A stretch of DNA of 64,000 nucleotides, taken from contig JAVYWL010000002.1 in assembly GCA_038727135.1 (NCBI GenBank), positions 7,186-71,185 of the forward strand. Direction: 5' to 3'. This DNA is from Candidatus Bathyarchaeia archaeon. GTDB lineage: Archaea; Thermoproteota; Bathyarchaeia; Bathyarchaeales; Bathycorpusculaceae. The position numbers were made by a program, and so were the translations under genes. Shown one piece after another: positions 45,751 to 54,614 of the stretch. The first letter of the stretch is position 1; every line of letters starts with the position of its first letter. The notes under the pieces were generated by a model, which saw nothing but the letters and a program-made list of their open reading frames with translations, made no database searches and was not told where the DNA came from.

Positions 45751-47208
45751 ATGATTGGTTTCTCCAGAGATGATCAAAAAATAAAAATCAGAATTTTTTC
45801 TCGATCTGAGTTGGAAGCTATTCATTGGGCTACGCTGGATATTCTTGAGAGAACTGGTGTTAAGATATACAGTGAAAAATGTCTAAAAATCCTCGAGGAG
45901 GCTGGTTGTAAGGTAGATTACAAAATGGGGTGTGCATTAATTCCCTCCGAGGTCGTTGAAGAGGCTTTAAGAAAGAAAAAAAGTGTATTTAGGTTGTGTG
46001 CCAGAAACCCGAAATATGACTTGAAGCTAGATGGCAGACATGTGTACATAACCACGGATGGCAACGCGGTAAACACTCTGGATTTTGAGACTGGGGAAAG
46101 AAGGGCTTCAACAAAAGATGACATTGCTAAGTCAGCCACCATCGCAGACGCGCTTGACTCTGTTGGCGTTTATTGGCCAATGGTCACCTCCTCAGATGTG
46201 CCTGCGCCCATTCGACATTTGCACGACTTAGAAGCATCTTTAGCCAATACTGAAAAGCACGTTCAACTTGAAACAATAGTCAAACCAAAAGTAGCCCGTT
46301 ATGCAGTTGAAATTGCAGCGGCTGTGGTTGGAGACACAAAAAAGCTCAGGGAACGCCCAATAATATCCTCTCTGCATTGCACCATATCGCCCCTCCAACA
46401 TGAAGGGGGATCCATTGAAGCAGCATTAGAATTTGCCAAGGCAGGTATACCCGTATCCTTTTATGGAATGCCACAAGCAGGTGCCACCAGCCCAGTAACG
46501 CTTGCAGGAGCAGTCGTTATTAATAACGCCGAAGTTTTAAGTGGCCTTGTAATAGTGCAACTTGTGCATCCAGGAGCACCAGTGATATATGGCACTGGCG
46601 GCGCTGGTTTTGACATGAAAGCGGGCACTTGGACAGGGGGATCACCAGAACGGGCGCTAATTTCGGCAGCCGCGGGGGAGCTGGCTAAATACTATAATAT
46701 GCCATCTCTTGTGGGAGGTTTTGTTACATCCGCCAAAACTATCGACGCACAAGCATGTTATGAAAAGCTCATCAGCGGCATCCCCCAAGTTCTTTCCGGA
46801 TGCGACATAATTGCTGGAATAGGCCTCATCGACAACTGCAATACCCTTTCGTTTGAGCAGCTTCTGATAGATGATGAAATCGTTAACATGACTTTTCGCC
46901 TTGTTGAAGGCATAGAAGTGAAAGAACAGACAATAGCACTCGACCTGATTCAAAAAATTGGTCCCGGGGGCAATTTCTTGGCTGAGAAGCATACACTTGA
47001 ATATTTGCAGAAAGAACACTTCATTCCAAAATTAACTGATAGACGCTCTTATGAGGCCTGGCTTAAAAATGGCGCAAAGGACATCACAAAGAGGGCAAAA
47101 GAAAAAGTTAAAACAATCCTCCAACAACATCAACCACAACCCCTGCCAAAAGAAACTCGAACGGAAATACAAAATATCATTGGACGTGCAGAAAAAGATA
47201 TGATTTAA
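45751..47208 (+). CDS. MttB-superfamily methyltransferase, non-pyrrolysine (paralog 4)
   Basis: 485 aa, colinear with paralog 1 and about two-thirds identical by eye. GPGGNFLAEKHT. Confidence 0.85.
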   Translation: MIGFSRDDQKIKIRIFSRSELEAIHWATLDILERTGVKIYSEKCLKILEEAGCKVDYKMGCALIPSEVVEEALRKKKSVFRLCARNPKYDLKLDGRHVYITTDGNAVNTLDFETGERRASTKDDIAKSATIADALDSVGVYWPMVTSSDVPAPIRHLHDLEASLANTEKHVQLETIVKPKVARYAVEIAAAVVGDTKKLRERPIISSLHCTISPLQHEGGSIEAALEFAKAGIPVSFYGMPQAGATSPVTLAGAVVINNAEVLSGLVIVQLVHPGAPVIYGTGGAGFDMKAGTWTGGSPERALISAAAGELAKYYNMPSLVGGFVTSAKTIDAQACYEKLISGIPQVLSGCDIIAGIGLIDNCNTLSFEQLLIDDEIVNMTFRLVEGIEVKEQTIALDLIQKIGPGGNFLAEKHTLEYLQKEHFIPKLTDRRSYEAWLKNGAKDITKRAKEKVKTILQQHQPQPLPKETRTEIQNIIGRAEKDMI

Positions 47209-47221
47209 AGGTGAAGTGTTT

Positions 47222-48484
47222 ATGCTTGTCGAAGGCTTGAAATGTATAAATTGTGGAGAAATATTTCCTCCCGAACCAAAATTTTTTGTCTGTCCAAAAT
47301 GCGGCGTCGAAAAGGTTAGAGGGATAACAGTTTTCAAGGGCATAACAGAGGTCGTGTACAACTACGAAGAGATGGGAGAAATCATAAGTAAAAAACTGTT
47401 TTCCCAGAGACCTTTCAATGCCCTAAGATACATGGAACTATTGGGTTTTCGAAAGGAAGAAAGGTTAATAACGTTAGGTGAAGGTGGAACCCCGCTACTG
47501 AAAAGCGGGAAGCTAGCTGAAAGGCTTAAAGTTAAAAATCTACTGTTGAAAATTGAGGCTCAGAATCCAACGGGCTCTTTTAAAGATCGTGAAAGCCTCT
47601 TAGCCGTGAATAAAGCCTTACAGTTTGGAAAAAAGAGCGTGTCGTGCGTTTCATCTGGGAATGCTGCTGCTTCTCTGTCGGCTTATGCAGCCAGAGCTGG
47701 ACTAGACTGTTTTGTTTTTATGCCCTCAACTGCTTCGAAGGGGAAGATTTCTCAATGTTCAGTTCACGGAGCCAAAACTTTTCTTGTGGACGGGATTTAT
47801 GAGGAAATCTTTGAGGTTTACTTAGAGGCGGTTAAGGACTTGGACATTTTCGAGTCTTGCCCGGGACACAACAGGTTTAGGGTGGAAGGCGACAAGACGA
47901 TCAGTTATGAAATATGTGAACAGTTGGGATGGAAAGCACCCGACTGGGTTATAGACAATGTTGGTAACGGCACCCACTTGTATGGCATGTGGAAAGGCTT
48001 CAAAGAGCTAAGGGACCTGGGCTTCATAGACAATTTGCCGAAAATGGTTGCCACCGGACCAGTTGGCGGGGCGCCAATAGTTGACGGTTTCAAGAAGGGC
48101 GAGGCTGCACCTTTGGAAAGTTGCGAGGAATCCATAGCTGAGGGTTTGGTTAGCAGGTGGAGTTATGATGCTCCCTTGGCTCTTAAAGCATTAAGAGAGT
48201 CCGGAGGAAACGCAGAGTACGTCTCAGACAATGAGATTTTAAAGGCTATGAGTTTGTTGGCTCGTCTTGAAGGAGTATTTGCAGAACCGTCTGGTTCAGC
48301 TTGTATCGCCGTCCTTCCAAAACTCGTTGAAGCCGGCATTATTGATTGTAAGGACGAGGTTGTATGCCTAATAACTGGAAACGGGCTTAAAGATCCAAAA
48401 AGCGGAAGACGAATATCCAAAAAGCCAATCGACGTACCGCTTAGCGTCAGGGAAATTAAGGAATTTTTAAGGCGTTTTTCTTGA
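47222..48484 (+). CDS. thrC: Threonine synthase-like PLP enzyme with N-terminal zinc ribbon
   Basis: CINCG...CPKCG, then the PLP lysine motif NPTGSFKDRES. ATG 8 nt after GGTGA. Confidence 0.7.
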   Translation: MLVEGLKCINCGEIFPPEPKFFVCPKCGVEKVRGITVFKGITEVVYNYEEMGEIISKKLFSQRPFNALRYMELLGFRKEERLITLGEGGTPLLKSGKLAERLKVKNLLLKIEAQNPTGSFKDRESLLAVNKALQFGKKSVSCVSSGNAAASLSAYAARAGLDCFVFMPSTASKGKISQCSVHGAKTFLVDGIYEEIFEVYLEAVKDLDIFESCPGHNRFRVEGDKTISYEICEQLGWKAPDWVIDNVGNGTHLYGMWKGFKELRDLGFIDNLPKMVATGPVGGAPIVDGFKKGEAAPLESCEESIAEGLVSRWSYDAPLALKALRESGGNAEYVSDNEILKAMSLLARLEGVFAEPSGSACIAVLPKLVEAGIIDCKDEVVCLITGNGLKDPKSGRRISKKPIDVPLSVREIKEFLRRFS

Positions 48485-48500
48485 AGCGAAGGGGGAAATT

Positions 48501-49394
48501 ATGAGTTTATTTTTCGGAGCTGAAACAAAAAACAAAGATGATGCAAACGCCTTTGTTCTTGGTTTATGTTGGGATAAAAGCTCATCCTTTAGGAAAGGCT
48601 CCGCTAAAGCCCCAAAAGCCATCAGAGAATACACAAGCTCAAAAATATACAACCCTTTCACCGAAAACAACGTGAACCTTAAGGATCACTGGAAAATTTA
48701 CGATTTAGGCGATATAGCACCCGCATCAATCATAAAGGCTTTTGAAATGGTGAAAGATGTTGTTAGCAAAAATGCCGATTCCAAATTGCACATTTTCCTA
48801 GGAGGAGACCACAGCATCACATACGCTACGTTAAAGGCTTTAAAAGAAATCTCAAAAGTTCCTTGGGGTTTGATCTACTTTGACGCCCACCCCGACTTAT
48901 ACGAGAGCTATGATGGAGATTTATACTCACATGCATGCACCGTGAGGAGGATAGTTGAAGAGGGCATCGTTAATCCTCATTATATAATTCAAGTTGGCAT
49001 AAGGGCATCCACGGCCGAGCAGACGGCTTATGCCAAAAAAGCCAAGATAAAAACTGTAACCACATCTGAAGTTTATAAAAATGCAGAGAAAATTTCCTCC
49101 TTCATAAACGAAGCCTTGGGCAAGGTTGAAAACGTGTACGTATCCCTAGACGTTGACGTCCTAGACCCTGCGTTTGCTCCGGGAGTCGGCAACCCTGAAG
49201 GTGGAGGAATAACGCTGCGAAACCTTATAGACATAGTCCATAACCTAAAAAGATTAAACATAAAGGCCTTGGACGTGGTTGAAGCGAATCCAAATTATGA
49301 TTACGCAGGCGTAACCTTCTGCAGCATATCAAAATTCATCAGAGAATTCTTAGGAACCACTATAAAGCCACACGCACGGCAACCATGGCCATAG
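48501..49394 (+). CDS. speB: Agmatinase / ureohydrolase family protein
   Basis: Mn ligand motifs GGDHSIT, DAHPD, SLDVDVLDPAFAPG. Confidence 0.8.
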   Translation: MSLFFGAETKNKDDANAFVLGLCWDKSSSFRKGSAKAPKAIREYTSSKIYNPFTENNVNLKDHWKIYDLGDIAPASIIKAFEMVKDVVSKNADSKLHIFLGGDHSITYATLKALKEISKVPWGLIYFDAHPDLYESYDGDLYSHACTVRRIVEEGIVNPHYIIQVGIRASTAEQTAYAKKAKIKTVTTSEVYKNAEKISSFINEALGKVENVYVSLDVDVLDPAFAPGVGNPEGGGITLRNLIDIVHNLKRLNIKALDVVEANPNYDYAGVTFCSISKFIREFLGTTIKPHARQPWP

Positions 49395-49500
49395 CAATGG
49401 TTACCCAAGCTTCTGTAAAAAGAATGGCCTAATGTTTTTTGGGAAGAGGAAATAATGATGAGGTGGAAGAAACCCAAAAAGTGTCAGAACCCCGGAAAGT

Positions 49501-49577
49501 GGCCGAGGTGAGGTAGCCTGGAAGCCTACGGGCCTGTGGAGCCCGGCGCTCGGGTTCAAATCCCGGCTTCGGCCCCA
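49501..49577 (+). tRNA. tRNA-His(GUG) with genomically encoded G-1, C73 discriminator and CCA
   Basis: Acceptor GCCGAGG/CTTCGGC, anticodon arm CGGGC-CTGTGGA-GCCCG, T loop TTCAAAT. An extra 5' G at 49501 lies opposite C73. Confidence 0.9.
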
Positions 49578-49633
49578 TAAACCATCGGGGGCTTTTGCCT
49601 TTGTCCCTAACAATAGTGGATGCAAGATTTCAC

Positions 49634-50098
49634 ATGTTTAAGGACGAGGATTTCTGGATGCTTGCTGAGATTGAGTCCCATCCGGATGTTATGCGTTGGA
49701 ACATCGAACCATATAAAGGCGACAAGGCTGAAATGTATCGTGCTTTTAAAGAAGCCATTGAAAGGCTTCAAGTTGAGAAGGATAAAATATTTCTTGTTGG
49801 AATATTTGAAGGCCGAGTTGTTGGTTTTGTCGGAGTGCGTTCCAAAAATGAAGGCCTAGAGCATGTTGGGGAAGTTGGCATTTCTGTTCACCCAAACTAT
49901 TGGGGAAGAGGATTTGGAACAAGCCTATTAAAGGCGGCTGTTGAAAAGGTTAAGGTTGAGGGATTTGCCAAACTTGAACTAGAAACTACCGCATCGAATA
50001 AGGCTATGTTGAAGGTGGCTCAAAAAGTTGGGTTTAAAGTTAAAAGTGTTGAAAAGAGAGAGGCTTCAGAAATAGTCTTTATGGAATTAACCTTTTAA
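49634..50098 (+). CDS. GNAT N-acetyltransferase
   Basis: YWGRGFGTSLLKAAV. Start moved to ATG 49634 because the TTG at 49595 begins 17 nt after the tRNA-His 3' end. Confidence 0.7.
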   Translation: MFKDEDFWMLAEIESHPDVMRWNIEPYKGDKAEMYRAFKEAIERLQVEKDKIFLVGIFEGRVVGFVGVRSKNEGLEHVGEVGISVHPNYWGRGFGTSLLKAAVEKVKVEGFAKLELETTASNKAMLKVAQKVGFKVKSVEKREASEIVFMELTF

Positions 50099-50196
50099 AC
50101 AGTTACATTGGCGGCATTACTGGTTCTTCAAGAAAATGATAAGGGAGAGAAGGGGCTCCGAAAGTAGTCAAAATAAGCGGGAGAGTTATTTCTGTT

Positions 50197-50397
50197 TTGC
50201 AAAAAACTTTTACTTCTAAGTTGAGTTCTATCTTGTGGTGGTTGTTGTTGGATGTTAAGCTTCTTGTTGACGGTGAAGAGATAAGCCTTAACAAGTTTGT
50301 TGTTAAGATTTTGGGCGGCACCATTGTTGGGGCTGTTAGTGCTTTGCGTGGCGTCAAAGAGGATTGGAAGGAAATTAAAGTAGAGATTAGGCGGTAA
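50197..50397 (+). CDS. Small hypothetical protein
   Basis: 66-aa ORF with TTG start. Only weak coding appearance. Confidence 0.3.
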   Translation: MQKTFTSKLSSILWWLLLDVKLLVDGEEISLNKFVVKILGGTIVGAVSALRGVKEDWKEIKVEIRR

Positions 50398-50416
50398 ATG
50401 TTAGGGATGAGCGCGC

Positions 50417-51073
50417 ATGATCTCCGAAGAGCACAAGAAACACTTGCGGGAAGAGTTTGTTGGAAAGCTTCAAAATCCAGTTAGGCTTGTTGTTTTTACG
50501 CAAGAATATGAATGTCCTTATTGTGCGGAGACGCGGAAGCTCATTGAGGAGTTAGCCACCTTAAGTGATAAGATAGGCGTAGAAGTTTACGATTTTGTGG
50601 CTGACACGGATAAGGCTAGGGCTTATAGCATCGACAAGGTTCCAGCGGTGGCCATTATTGGCGAGAAGGATTTTGGTTTGCGGTTTTATGGTTTGCCCTA
50701 TGGTTATGAGTTTGGGACCCTTGTGGAGGGCATAATCGCTGTTTCCCGCGGAAAGTCGGATATTTCTGAAAGTGTTAGAGAGAGGCTTAAAGGCGTTAAG
50801 GCGCCGGTGCACATTCAAGTTTTTGTGACGTTGACTTGTCCCTATTGCCCCTCTGTTGCTAGTCTAGCCTACAAGTTTGCTGTTGAAAGTGACTTTGTTA
50901 GGGCTGACGTTATTGATGTGAGCGAGTTTCCACATATTGGGCATAAGTACGCTGTTATGGGCGTTCCCAAAACAGTCATAAATGAGAAGGTGGAGTTTGT
51001 TGGGGCTGTCCCGGAAGAAATTTTCTTAGAGCATGTTTTGCTTGCCGCCCGCCGCCCAGAATACGTCTTATAG
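50417..51073 (+). CDS. Protein disulfide oxidoreductase (two thioredoxin-fold units, glutaredoxin-like)
   Basis: Two CPYC active sites (ECPYCAE, TCPYCPS) about 110 aa apart, as in archaeal PDO. Confidence 0.8.
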   Translation: MISEEHKKHLREEFVGKLQNPVRLVVFTQEYECPYCAETRKLIEELATLSDKIGVEVYDFVADTDKARAYSIDKVPAVAIIGEKDFGLRFYGLPYGYEFGTLVEGIIAVSRGKSDISESVRERLKGVKAPVHIQVFVTLTCPYCPSVASLAYKFAVESDFVRADVIDVSEFPHIGHKYAVMGVPKTVINEKVEFVGAVPEEIFLEHVLLAARRPEYVL

Positions 51074-51119
51074 CATTTAAGTGGTGTGAAATCTGGCTGG
51101 CAAAAAAGAGTTTTTAACT

Positions 51120-51896
51120 TTGGTTTTCGTTTACAGCGGCGAATTTGCAGAGCGTGTGATAAGGAATCTTATAAATGACCCTAGTTTCTGCAATTCTTGC
51201 GGCTTGTATTGCGACTCTTGTAAGTATGGCGTTTACAGTTATGTGCGGAACATCCGCGCTGCTATAGAGCTTCCGAAGCCTTCGGATTTGCCAGCCTTCA
51301 TAGACAAGCCAGAAGAATACATGCCCAGGAGTGTTCCGCGGGCAGATTTGTGTGTGGCTTCCGGCTTACACAAGGACCTGCTTTTGGAACTGCCAACCCA
51401 CATTACGAAGGCTGGTGTTAAAGGCTTAATTGTGCCCGTTGAAGATTTTAACGAGGTTCCATCAGGTTTGAGGAAGCAGTTGGAAGAGCGCTGTCTTGAG
51501 CTTGGCTTGGAGTGTGCTTTTCCGAAGCCCTTCTGTTCGCTAGAGCCATCTAAGGATAAGCCTTTCATCTCTCGCTTTGTAGAGGAGTTGGGGGTTGGGC
51601 GTCCAAAACTTGAGATTTCCACTGCAAGGCGAGGTGGACGTGAGGTTGTGGAGACAGCTATTGTTAGGCGGAGTGCTCCATGCGGCTCAACATGGTATGT
51701 GGCGAGAAAGCTCATAGGCGTTGAAACAAAACGAGAAATCTTATACGATGCAATTGCGAAGGCTCATCATAGCTATCCATGCACGGCGACAATGAACGTT
51801 GATCCAGAGGTTAAGGAGCCAATTCTCCACATAGGCGGCTACATAATAAGGGAGGAAGTAGAAAAAGCACTGGAAAAGGCTGGATGTACGACTTAA
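51120..51896 (+). CDS. DUF166-like Cys-rich protein
   Basis: 258 aa with FCNSCGLYCDSC. Family assignment is from memory. TTG start. Confidence 0.5.
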   Translation: MVFVYSGEFAERVIRNLINDPSFCNSCGLYCDSCKYGVYSYVRNIRAAIELPKPSDLPAFIDKPEEYMPRSVPRADLCVASGLHKDLLLELPTHITKAGVKGLIVPVEDFNEVPSGLRKQLEERCLELGLECAFPKPFCSLEPSKDKPFISRFVEELGVGRPKLEISTARRGGREVVETAIVRRSAPCGSTWYVARKLIGVETKREILYDAIAKAHHSYPCTATMNVDPEVKEPILHIGGYIIREEVEKALEKAGCTT

Positions 51897-52303
51897 CTTT
51901 TCTCTAAACGCTCGATAAGGTCTAGGACTTTGGCTTTTATGGCATCTCGAATTTTTCTGGCTTCGTCTAGTGGCATTTTGGCTGGGTCTGGCATGTTCCA
52001 CTCTTCCACGTGCCTTGCGTAAACTACTGGGCAGAGGGAGCCGCTGCAGACTATTATGGCTACTTCAGCCTTCTCCTGAAGCTCCCTCGTCATAATTTGA
52101 GGTTTTTTGTGGCTTATGTCTATACCCTCTTCAAGCATGAGTCGGACAGCGTTTGGATGAACCCTTTCAGCTGGTTTTAAGCCAGCACTCACGGCTTTCC
52201 AGCCACTTAGCGCATACTTGTTAAAGTAGGCTTCGGCAATCTGGCTCCTAAAACTATTCTCAACACAAACAAACAAGACGGTTTTCAAACTATCCATCTT
52301 CAT
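51893..52303 (-). CDS. Low-molecular-weight phosphotyrosine phosphatase / ArsC-type arsenate reductase
   Basis: CX5R(S) P-loop VLFVCVENSFRSQ. Start set at MKMDSLKT; the upstream ORF extension lacks homology-like features. Confidence 0.75.
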   Translation of the reverse strand: MKMDSLKTVLFVCVENSFRSQIAEAYFNKYALSGWKAVSAGLKPAERVHPNAVRLMLEEGIDISHKKPQIMTRELQEKAEVAIIVCSGSLCPVVYARHVEEWNMPDPAKMPLDEARKIRDAIKAKVLDLIERLEKS

Positions 52304-52373
52304 GGGCTGATGTTTTAACACATCTTCATCCACACGATGCGGCAGTGAAGATTTAATTATACCGTAAATTGTC

Positions 52374-53279
52374 CTAGCGATTTGAATATAAGCTTTGGAT
52401 GATCGCATCACGCATCTCCTTAAAATTCCAATCAGAAACTCCATCTAAGAAGTCGCATCCATGAATTCTCCATTCATTTGGGTCGAGCTCAAACTTTCGA
52501 ACAGAACATCGCTGTCGGGCGTTAAGCATAGCGTTTATCAATTCATTTAATTCCATTTTGATTTTGTCTTTGCCTTTAAAATCAAGCCAAGGTTTTATGC
52601 CGTTAGTAGAAATTTCTATAAATGTGACTGGCAAAAAATCCTCAATTTTCCTTACACTAGAAATGCGAACGTAAGATAATTTTTCTTGGCATGACTTTAA
52701 GCATTCTTTAAGTATTGCAATTCTAACTAGAGAACCGAAATCCGTTACTAAGTCACGAAGCTGACCTAGTTGCAAAATCATATTCGAATGAAATTTAGTG
52801 CAAGAGTTTTGATTTATGTATTGCTCGTATCCTGTTGGAAAATCGTCGTAGCGCGGAATAAATATGAAGGTTATCGAAACCTTTGGAAGGTATCGTAAGT
52901 ATATGGCAATTAAAAAAGATAATAGCATTAAGACCAAAGCCAGAAGCATTAACTGTAAATTATTTAAGATTATTGGGACGCCAAAACCTAGATTTACAGC
53001 CAAGTTTCCTAACACTCCTACCCAAGCAGCGAAAATCCAACCCATTACAGCCTTTTGTTTCTCAGAGAATAACTCTACAAATCTATTAATATCCGCAAGC
53101 TCCCTTCGGTAAAATTCCATGATTGTTTCTGTTTCTTTACTTAAATCAAGTTTTTGATCATGCTGTTTGAGGATTCCAGAAGGTAAATAGGGCCATGTGT
53201 TAATCTGTAAAACATCATTCGCCACAAATTCTTGCCAAGTTAACTGTTTTAATGGTTTTCCCATCATGTATAACTTCAT
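52374..53279 (-). CDS. Hypothetical membrane protein (AT-rich orphan)
   Basis: 301 aa with two or three central hydrophobic helices. No motif recognised. Confidence 0.45.
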   Translation of the reverse strand: MKLYMMGKPLKQLTWQEFVANDVLQINTWPYLPSGILKQHDQKLDLSKETETIMEFYRRELADINRFVELFSEKQKAVMGWIFAAWVGVLGNLAVNLGFGVPIILNNLQLMLLALVLMLLSFLIAIYLRYLPKVSITFIFIPRYDDFPTGYEQYINQNSCTKFHSNMILQLGQLRDLVTDFGSLVRIAILKECLKSCQEKLSYVRISSVRKIEDFLPVTFIEISTNGIKPWLDFKGKDKIKMELNELINAMLNARQRCSVRKFELDPNEWRIHGCDFLDGVSDWNFKEMRDAIIQSLYSNR

Positions 53280-53377
53280 ATTGAGTAGAAATCAATCTTG
53301 GCATAAAAACTTAATCTTCACAAATGAGAGTTCCTAAAGGCGGCTAAAATGAAAAATAAGGAAATAAGTTGCTAAAT

Positions 53378-54613
53378 TCAGCCTTCCCAGTCTAAGAGTC
53401 TTTTTTCGCCTTCGATCTTCTTTATGTCTGTTATGTCTTGGGAAACTTCCATTGTTCCCAAATATTTGCCGTCCTTGTCTCTAACCGCGAAGTATCTTAT
53501 GTGGATTAGGCGGTCTCCCATTTGAATCCAGAATTCAGCCACATCTCTTTCGCCTTTCTTGAAGGCTTCTAGGATTCTGTTGACCACGTGGACGCTTTTC
53601 TGAGGGTGGCAAAGCTGAACCTTTCTGCCCAAAATAGCCTTCGTCCTCACGAATATGCGTTTATCCGCCTTGCTAAAGTATTTGACGGCGTCATCCTTAT
53701 CCACGAAGGTTATGTCCACTGGCAGCGTGTTCAAAATAGCCTCAATCTCCTCTTTCGTTAAAGAGCCTGTTTCAAATTGTATTGTGCCTTCTGGCATAGG
53801 TTTCTCCTCGGCTGCTGGTTTTTCAAGAGTTTTGGCTGGTTTGGCTATTAAGTGTTCCGGGGTGAAGCAGCAATATCCAATTTCGTCAAAATCCGCCCTT
53901 ATAGTGGACCATTCTTGCTCTGTGACAACGCGCTGGGCTGCCGGAAACAGAATGTTGTTCTCCTTGTAAATGTGGCTGTTAAGCATATCGCCCACGGCCT
54001 TTGCTAGTTCGCTAAGCTGCCTCTTAAAATCTGAAAAGTTCATTTTTGCGGCGTTCTCGATTAAGGCTTTGAGCTGCTGCTTCTTTTCCCTAACCTGGTT
54101 GTGCTCCATCCACATTATTGCAGGGGGCTCACTTATACCATGTCTTTCCAAGACTGGGAATAGCGCGTTTTCCTCCCTCAAATAGTGCTTTTCAGCGTCT
54201 AAAAGCTCATCCGCCACATGCCTCAGCTGTGACAGTTCTCCAGCCACCGCATCTGGGCTTTCGGCTTTTTGCACTTTTTCAACCAAGACGTTAAGCTTCT
54301 CGGCTATTTGCTGAATCATTTTATGCTCTTCTAAAAGTATGCCAATGGGACTGGTTGGGGCAACCTCAACCTTCTGTTTTTCTAACTGCTCCCTAAAAAT
54401 CGCCAAGTGAACATCGCAAAGTCTCTGAAGCTCCTCTCTTGATACACCTTCGCTTACGAGTTCCTGTTCAATTTTAGCTATTTCAAGCGAGCTCACGCCC
54501 TCAAGAAACTGTCTAAAACGCTCCTTAACCTGTTCGGGTGGGGCGCCAGCATGCAACTGCCTTAAAATTTCTTTTAAAACCTTCTTCCGCTCTTCTTCTG
54601 TCACTCCACCCAT
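53378..54613 (-). CDS. DUF438 / hemerythrin-like / PAS domain protein
   Basis: N-terminal DUF438-like helix bundle, HHE-type hemerythrin repeats (EEHKMI..., HNQVRE...) and a C-terminal PAS-like region. 1 nt downstream of fprA. Confidence 0.7.
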   Translation of the reverse strand: MGGVTEEERKKVLKEILRQLHAGAPPEQVKERFRQFLEGVSSLEIAKIEQELVSEGVSREELQRLCDVHLAIFREQLEKQKVEVAPTSPIGILLEEHKMIQQIAEKLNVLVEKVQKAESPDAVAGELSQLRHVADELLDAEKHYLREENALFPVLERHGISEPPAIMWMEHNQVREKKQQLKALIENAAKMNFSDFKRQLSELAKAVGDMLNSHIYKENNILFPAAQRVVTEQEWSTIRADFDEIGYCCFTPEHLIAKPAKTLEKPAAEEKPMPEGTIQFETGSLTKEEIEAILNTLPVDITFVDKDDAVKYFSKADKRIFVRTKAILGRKVQLCHPQKSVHVVNRILEAFKKGERDVAEFWIQMGDRLIHIRYFAVRDKDGKYLGTMEVSQDITDIKKIEGEKRLLDWEG

Positions 54614-54614
54614 T

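Noticed and set aside
32031-47208. Calling the island a methanogenic methylamine pathway
   Set aside because: The window has no MtbA/MtaA-type methylcorrinoid:CoM methyltransferase, no Mcr and no Pyl-containing MttB. The only exit enzyme present is MtrH-like. The question stays open until the whole genome is inspected.
49395-49577. tRNA-His as the attachment site of a mobile methyltransferase island, and the ATGATGA at 49458 as a C/D-box sRNA
   Set aside because: I could find no second copy of the tRNA 3' half in the window and no integrase adjacent. The ATGATGA has no matching D box (CUGA) or C'/D' arrangement at the proper spacing.
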